Shown here in pieces: positions 25,565 to 29,823 of a stretch of 29,823 nucleotides of DNA. The stretch spans positions 1-29,823 of the forward strand of contig BTVV01000075.1 of assembly GCA_045863855.1 (NCBI GenBank). The letters are read 5' to 3'. How positions within the stretch are numbered: the stretch's first letter is position 1; each line of letters starts with the position of its first letter. Position numbers and translations under genes: made by a program. The stretch is from Planctomycetota bacterium (GTDB lineage Bacteria; Planctomycetota; SZUA-567; H5-PLA8). The notes beneath the pieces were generated by a model. The model was not told the DNA's origin, did no database searches, and saw only the letters and a list, made by a program, of their open reading frames with translations.

Positions 25565-27145
25565 ATGCAACCGTCCATGCAACTGTCCCATCGGATGGAA
25601 CAGAAGATCATCATGACGCGCCAGATGATCCAGTCCATCGAGATGTTGCAGTTGCCGTTGATGGATTTGCAGCAGTCGATCACCGCGGAGTTGGAAGCGA
25701 ATCCCTGGCTGGAACCAACGGAGATGGGCGTGGAGTCGCAGACGGAACAGGCCGAGGAGCGCGAAGAAGGCGAAGGCGTGGACGGCGAGGACGGCGAAGT
25801 CAGCCTGCCTCCGGAATCGGATTCGGCCTTGGATACGTACGCGGACGATGAGCGCTTCGCGCAGCCCGAAGCCGTGGAAGCCGAAGCCGCCGCTCCACCC
25901 GATGTGGAAGACCCGCGGCTGGCGCGCATGGAAGCGCTGTTGGAGGAATGGAACGATCCTCGCACGCGCAGCGACAGCGGCTTCTCGCACCGGGCCGGAG
26001 AGGACGACGCCAAGCTCGAAGCGATGCGCAACACCGCCGCTCCCAACACCAGCCTGGAAGAGCATCTGCTGGAGCAGCTTCATTTCTCCAAAGAAGACGA
26101 GAACATGAAAGAACTGGCCGAGGTGATCATCGGATCGCTGGATGAGCACGGGATGCTGAAGCTCGCGCCGATGGATCTGTTTTACCGCAGCGAGGGGGGC
26201 GTGCGCGTAGCGGCCCTCGACCGGGAGGTGAGCCAGGAGGAAGCGGATCTGGCGCTGATGCTGGTTCAATCGTTCGATCCTGCGGGCGTGGGGGCGCGTA
26301 GCCTGCAAGAATGTCTGCTCTTGCAGTTGCGGCGCCTGCCGGGCGACACCTCATTCGAAGAACAGTTGATTACGAAGCATCTCGACGACATCAGCCACAA
26401 CCGGCTGCCGAAGATCGCCAAGGACTTGGGCGTGAGCGTGGAGAAGGTGAAGGAGGGGGTGGATCACATTTCCCACCTTAATCCCAATCCGGGCCGGAGC
26501 TTCGGCGGGACGCGTCCGCAGTACGTCGTTCCCGACGTGGCCGTGGAAGAGATCGAAGGCAAGTACGTGATCAACATCAACGAACATTACCTGCCGAGCC
26601 TGCGCATTTCGGCGGAACAACTGGAGCTGCTGCGCAGCGAGCCCAAAGATTCGCAGACGCGCGAATACCTGATGAATAAAGTCGGCAGCGCGGTCTGGCT
26701 GATGGAGTCGGTGATTCAGCGGCGCAATACGCTATACCGCATTACCGAGCAGATCGTGGACATCCAGAAGGCATTTCTCGAACACGGTCCATCGCATCTG
26801 AAGCCGCTGATGATGCAGGAAGTCGCCGAGCGGATCGGGATGCACGTATCCACCGTTTCGCGCGCGCTGGCGGGTAAGTACATCCAGACGCCGCAGGGTC
26901 TGTTCGCGATGAAGTATTTCTTCACCGGGGGCTTCAGCACGGGCGACGGCGAGAGCGAATCGAACCGTGCGATCATGCTCAAGATCAAGGATATGTGCGA
27001 CAAAGAGGATAAGTCGGAGCCGCTTTCGGATCAGGAGATCGTCAAGCGCCTGGAGAGCGAAGGCATCGAGATTGCGCGCCGGACGGTGGCGAAATACCGC
27101 GAAAAGCTGAGCATCCCGTCCAGCCGCCAGCGCAAGACCTACTGA
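25565..27145 (+). CDS. rpoN: RNA polymerase sigma-54 factor
   Basis: Gln/Leu-rich region I (QMIQSIEMLQLP...ELEANP), DPAGVGARSLQECL, MHVSTVSR and the RpoN box ARRTVAKYRE. Confidence 0.97.
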   Translation: MQPSMQLSHRMEQKIIMTRQMIQSIEMLQLPLMDLQQSITAELEANPWLEPTEMGVESQTEQAEEREEGEGVDGEDGEVSLPPESDSALDTYADDERFAQPEAVEAEAAAPPDVEDPRLARMEALLEEWNDPRTRSDSGFSHRAGEDDAKLEAMRNTAAPNTSLEEHLLEQLHFSKEDENMKELAEVIIGSLDEHGMLKLAPMDLFYRSEGGVRVAALDREVSQEEADLALMLVQSFDPAGVGARSLQECLLLQLRRLPGDTSFEEQLITKHLDDISHNRLPKIAKDLGVSVEKVKEGVDHISHLNPNPGRSFGGTRPQYVVPDVAVEEIEGKYVININEHYLPSLRISAEQLELLRSEPKDSQTREYLMNKVGSAVWLMESVIQRRNTLYRITEQIVDIQKAFLEHGPSHLKPLMMQEVAERIGMHVSTVSRALAGKYIQTPQGLFAMKYFFTGGFSTGDGESESNRAIMLKIKDMCDKEDKSEPLSDQEIVKRLESEGIEIARRTVAKYREKLSIPSSRQRKTY

Positions 27146-27161
27146 CCGAATCGGATCGCTC

Positions 27162-27626
27162 ATGTTCGAACTGCGGGCCGCGCGCATTCCCGAGGACCTC
27201 GATACGGTCCGGCTTCTTTTCCGCGAGTATGCGGCGGGGCTGGGCGTCGATCTGAGCTTTCAGGGATTCGAAGACGAGTTGCGGACGCTGCCGGGCAAGT
27301 ACGCGCCGCCCTCGGGATGCTTGTTGCTGGCGTGGGACGGCGCGGAAGCCGCTGGCTGCGTGGCGCTGCGCGCGCTGGAGCCGGGCGTCTGCGAAATGAA
27401 GCGGCTTTTCGTGCGGCCGGCGTACCGCGGGCGCAAGCTGGGGCGTAAGCTGTCCGAAGCGATCCTGAGCGCCGGACGCAAAGCGGGCTACGCGCGGATG
27501 CGCCTCGATACGCTGGCTCACATGGCCGAAGCGCGCGCGCTTTACGTGGCGCTGGGGTTTGTCGAGATTCCCGCGTACTACGTCAATCCGAATCCCAGCG
27601 CCGTGTATTACGAACGGGCGCTGTGA
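27162..27626 (+). CDS. GNAT family N-acetyltransferase
   Basis: CEMKRLFVRPAYRGRKLGR acetyl-CoA motif, RLDTL and LYVALGF. Confidence 0.92.
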   Translation: MFELRAARIPEDLDTVRLLFREYAAGLGVDLSFQGFEDELRTLPGKYAPPSGCLLLAWDGAEAAGCVALRALEPGVCEMKRLFVRPAYRGRKLGRKLSEAILSAGRKAGYARMRLDTLAHMAEARALYVALGFVEIPAYYVNPNPSAVYYERAL

Positions 27627-27729
27627 CACGCAACCCCACGACTTGCCGAGGTGAGCGCCGCTGCGAGAGATGCTCGAGGCGGCAGATGGCGGTACAGCAA
27701 TTCGGAAAATGCTCTAACCTATTCATGCC

Positions 27730-28503
27730 ATGAACGAATTGCCTTCCAACCCCACGGCTGATCGCTGTGCGCGTTGCGCGCGGGATCTGGCGGGTGAACT
27801 TCCCGTGCGCCTTCCGGATGCGCGGTCGTATTGCGCGTCGTGTTGCGACCGCATGGCGACCGAACAGTTCGAATTGGAGACGGGCGAGCCGTTCACGAAG
27901 TGGATCGAGAAGCATCCCCGGCTGGAGATGCGGCACACGCCGATGGAGATCGCCTTGCGGCGCGTGCTGTTTTTCGCGCCGCTGGTGGCCGCGGTCTTGA
28001 GCCTGTTGCTGGCCGGGTACGGCGTGTATCGCATCGCGAATCCGCCAGTGGTCGCGCCGTCCGCTCCGGCCCTACCGGACACACCGCGCCAGCCGCGCCC
28101 GCAGCCGGCGAGCGGCTGGAGCTTCCTGGGCCTGGGACTGGTCTCCGTGGCCGCGTTCTCGTACTTCTCTTTGCGCCAGTTGCGCGGTTATCTGCGTGCG
28201 GCGGGCTTTTCGCTTACGCTGGAGAACGGCCGCTTTACGTTGCGCCACGGCGCGCACGAGGAAGCCTTCGGAATCGAGGAAGTGACGCAGTCGTGCGTGG
28301 TTCGCCCGGGCACGGTCGGCGCGCTGGAAGGCGCGCTGGGCCTCAAGGACGGGCGGATGCTGACGCTCGACACGTGCCTGACCGACCTGCACGCGCTGGG
28401 CGTCGTGATGGACCTGCGCTTTCGCGAGGATTTTCCGCCCAGCCAGGAAGAGCAATGGCAGGAACGGCGCGACAAGCTGCGCAAGATCCGGGGGCTCGAG
28501 TGA
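27730..28503 (+). CDS. Hypothetical membrane protein with N-terminal putative zinc finger
   Basis: CARC...YCASCC, two hydrophobic segments flanking a Pro-rich linker, and a soluble C-terminal domain. Confidence 0.65.
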   Translation: MNELPSNPTADRCARCARDLAGELPVRLPDARSYCASCCDRMATEQFELETGEPFTKWIEKHPRLEMRHTPMEIALRRVLFFAPLVAAVLSLLLAGYGVYRIANPPVVAPSAPALPDTPRQPRPQPASGWSFLGLGLVSVAAFSYFSLRQLRGYLRAAGFSLTLENGRFTLRHGAHEEAFGIEEVTQSCVVRPGTVGALEGALGLKDGRMLTLDTCLTDLHALGVVMDLRFREDFPPSQEEQWQERRDKLRKIRGLE

Positions 28504-29183
28504 GCGTGCCAGCGCAGATATTGGACAGCGGGACGTTGCGCTTGCGCACGAGTCCCGAAGCTGGGGCTTGCTTGAGCGAACTCAGCGCCGGCGGCGCCTC
28601 CTTGGAATTCTTCGCGCCGCTCGAGCCCGAGCGCGGCGGTTACCGATTCTCGCTCGACGCGGGCGAACCGTTACGCGGGCGGCGGGAGGCGTTTCGTGCG
28701 CGCGGTTCCGACGGGCGCACGTTCGTCGAGTACGAGACGGACCTCGAGCCCAGCCTGACGCTGCAAACGCGCTATACGCTGATCGACGATCTGATCTTCG
28801 TGCGGCACAAGGTCGAGAACTCTGGCTCGGAGCCCGTGCCGCTGGCGCCTTGGACCTGCGCCGCTTGGCGGCGCGAGGCGCTGGGCGGCGACGCGCGGTT
28901 GCACTTAAAGCAGCCCGATGGCAATTGGACGGTGCGTGCGCTTCCGGCCGTGGGCGAGATGCTCGAGTTTCGAGAATTCGAACGCCCGGCCGGTGTGTGG
29001 GCGCTGGAAGGGCAGGGATCGCGCCGGCGGATCGAGGAATCGTTCTCGATCGATTTCGTGACGCTCGTGCGGATCAGGACCGGCAGGGATGCGATCGAGT
29101 TGGAACTTCATTTCGCGCCGCACGCGCTGAAGCCCGGAACGTGCCGGGTGCTGGACACGGCTTGGCAGTTCGCGACCGCTTGA
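28500..29183 (+). CDS. Hypothetical protein (possible galactose-mutarotase-like beta-sandwich)
   Basis: GTGA overlap with the upstream stop. Pattern PEAGACLSEL, RHKVENSG.EP, LELHF and LKPG...L...W resembles aldose-epimerase-like folds. Confidence 0.55.
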   Translation: MSVPAQILDSGTLRLRTSPEAGACLSELSAGGASLEFFAPLEPERGGYRFSLDAGEPLRGRREAFRARGSDGRTFVEYETDLEPSLTLQTRYTLIDDLIFVRHKVENSGSEPVPLAPWTCAAWRREALGGDARLHLKQPDGNWTVRALPAVGEMLEFREFERPAGVWALEGQGSRRRIEESFSIDFVTLVRIRTGRDAIELELHFAPHALKPGTCRVLDTAWQFATA

Positions 29184-29187
29184 AGGC

Positions 29188-29823
29188 CTAGGATTTGGCG
29201 GGCGCCGCTTCCAAGCGCAGGCTGGGAACATGCCCGTGCAGGCTCCAGGCAAGCACGATGGATTCGGCCAGGAACCCGCCGATCAACCCGCCGGTCCCCA
29301 GTACGGCGCCGTGGATGCCGACCCATGGCGAGAGGAGCATCAACGCGACGATGCCGACAATGCGCGCCACCGAACTGGTGAAGTACGAGACGGTGCGCTT
29401 ATGCAAGACTGCCAGTCCCTGGTAGTACGCGCGGAGCGTCACCACCAGCGGACAGAAGACCATGACCGAGAGTCCGTCGCGGGCTTCTTCGAGCACCGCG
29501 CCTTCGAGCCCCATCAGCGTCTGGAGGATCGTGCCGGAAAGCGGGGTCCAAAACAACAGGGCCATGAGCGCCGTGATACCGGTGCAGAGTAGCGTGGCGA
29601 AGTGCGGCAAATGCGCCAGCACGCGGGGTTGTTCGCGAAACGCGGTCGCATGGGAACGCAGGTCGTTGAGCCAGCCGTAAAAGACTTGCGAGACGCTGAA
29701 CGCGATGCCGAAGCCGGCCAGGACCACCTCGGGCCGTTCTTCGCGCGCCAGGAACCATTGAATCATGGGGCGGCTGGCCAGCATGAAGGCGCCGTTCCAG
29801 GCCAGCGGCAGGTACAACGTGCC
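29188..29823 (-). CDS. MATE/ANKH-like membrane transporter, C-terminal part (start lies beyond the window)
   Basis: The frame is open to the window edge. YLPLA...RPMIQWFLAR...EVVLAGFGIA, RAYYQG and multiple TM helices. Confidence 0.65.
   Translation of the reverse strand, partial: GTLYLPLAWNGAFMLASRPMIQWFLAREERPEVVLAGFGIAFSVSQVFYGWLNDLRSHATAFREQPRVLAHLPHFATLLCTGITALMALLFWTPLSGTILQTLMGLEGAVLEEARDGLSVMVFCPLVVTLRAYYQGLAVLHKRTVSYFTSSVARIVGIVALMLLSPWVGIHGAVLGTGGLIGGFLAESIVLAWSLHGHVPSLRLEAAPAKS

Noticed and set aside
24013..26049. 678-aa Ser-rich minus-strand ORF
   Set aside because: Antisense shadow of dnaX-ybaB-recR-rpoN; its composition reflects the reverse-complement codon bias.
27657..27683. 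GC-rich hairpin after the GNAT gene as an intrinsic terminator
   Set aside because: The stem is imperfect and has no U-tract. The same applies to CCCC-GTTT-GGGG after recR.
1..29823. CRISPR arrays, IS elements, integrases, tRNA/rRNA genes
   Set aside because: No regularly spaced direct repeats, transposase or integrase motifs, cloverleaf structures or rRNA-like sequence were seen by eye.

Overview
GC-rich bacterial DNA. Gene content and the dnaX-ybaB-recR-rpoN order suggest Planctomycetota or a related PVC lineage, but that is inference. The first ~16.3 kb is a tightly packed, translationally coupled + strand operon, truncated at the left edge, that looks like an uncharacterised small-molecule biosynthesis and export cluster. 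It encodes an EhpF/LuxE-like atypical adenylating enzyme, an acyl-reductase-type aldehyde dehydrogenase, an Fe-alcohol dehydrogenase, a membrane-anchored PQQ/BamB-type beta-propeller, a HemN-like radical SAM enzyme, a chorismate-lyase-like protein, a flavin-dependent halogenase-like enzyme, a CxxC-bearing GT4 glycosyltransferase, a 4HBT-type thioesterase, a small membrane protein, a PaaK-like aryl-CoA ligase, a LolD/FtsX-type ABC transporter and an exported protein. No PKS, NRPS or carrier protein is visible. The rest is mostly core genome: a small membrane protein, an ECF sigma factor, sbcC/sbcD (Rad50/Mre11-like, with a variant zinc hook), SRP RNA (ffs) with an apparently extended stem and overlapping sigma70/sigma54-like promoter motifs, dnaX-ybaB-recR-rpoN, a GNAT, two hypothetical proteins and a truncated MATE-like transporter. 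No mobile elements, CRISPR arrays, tRNAs or rRNAs were seen. All family calls come from motif recognition by eye, not database searches.
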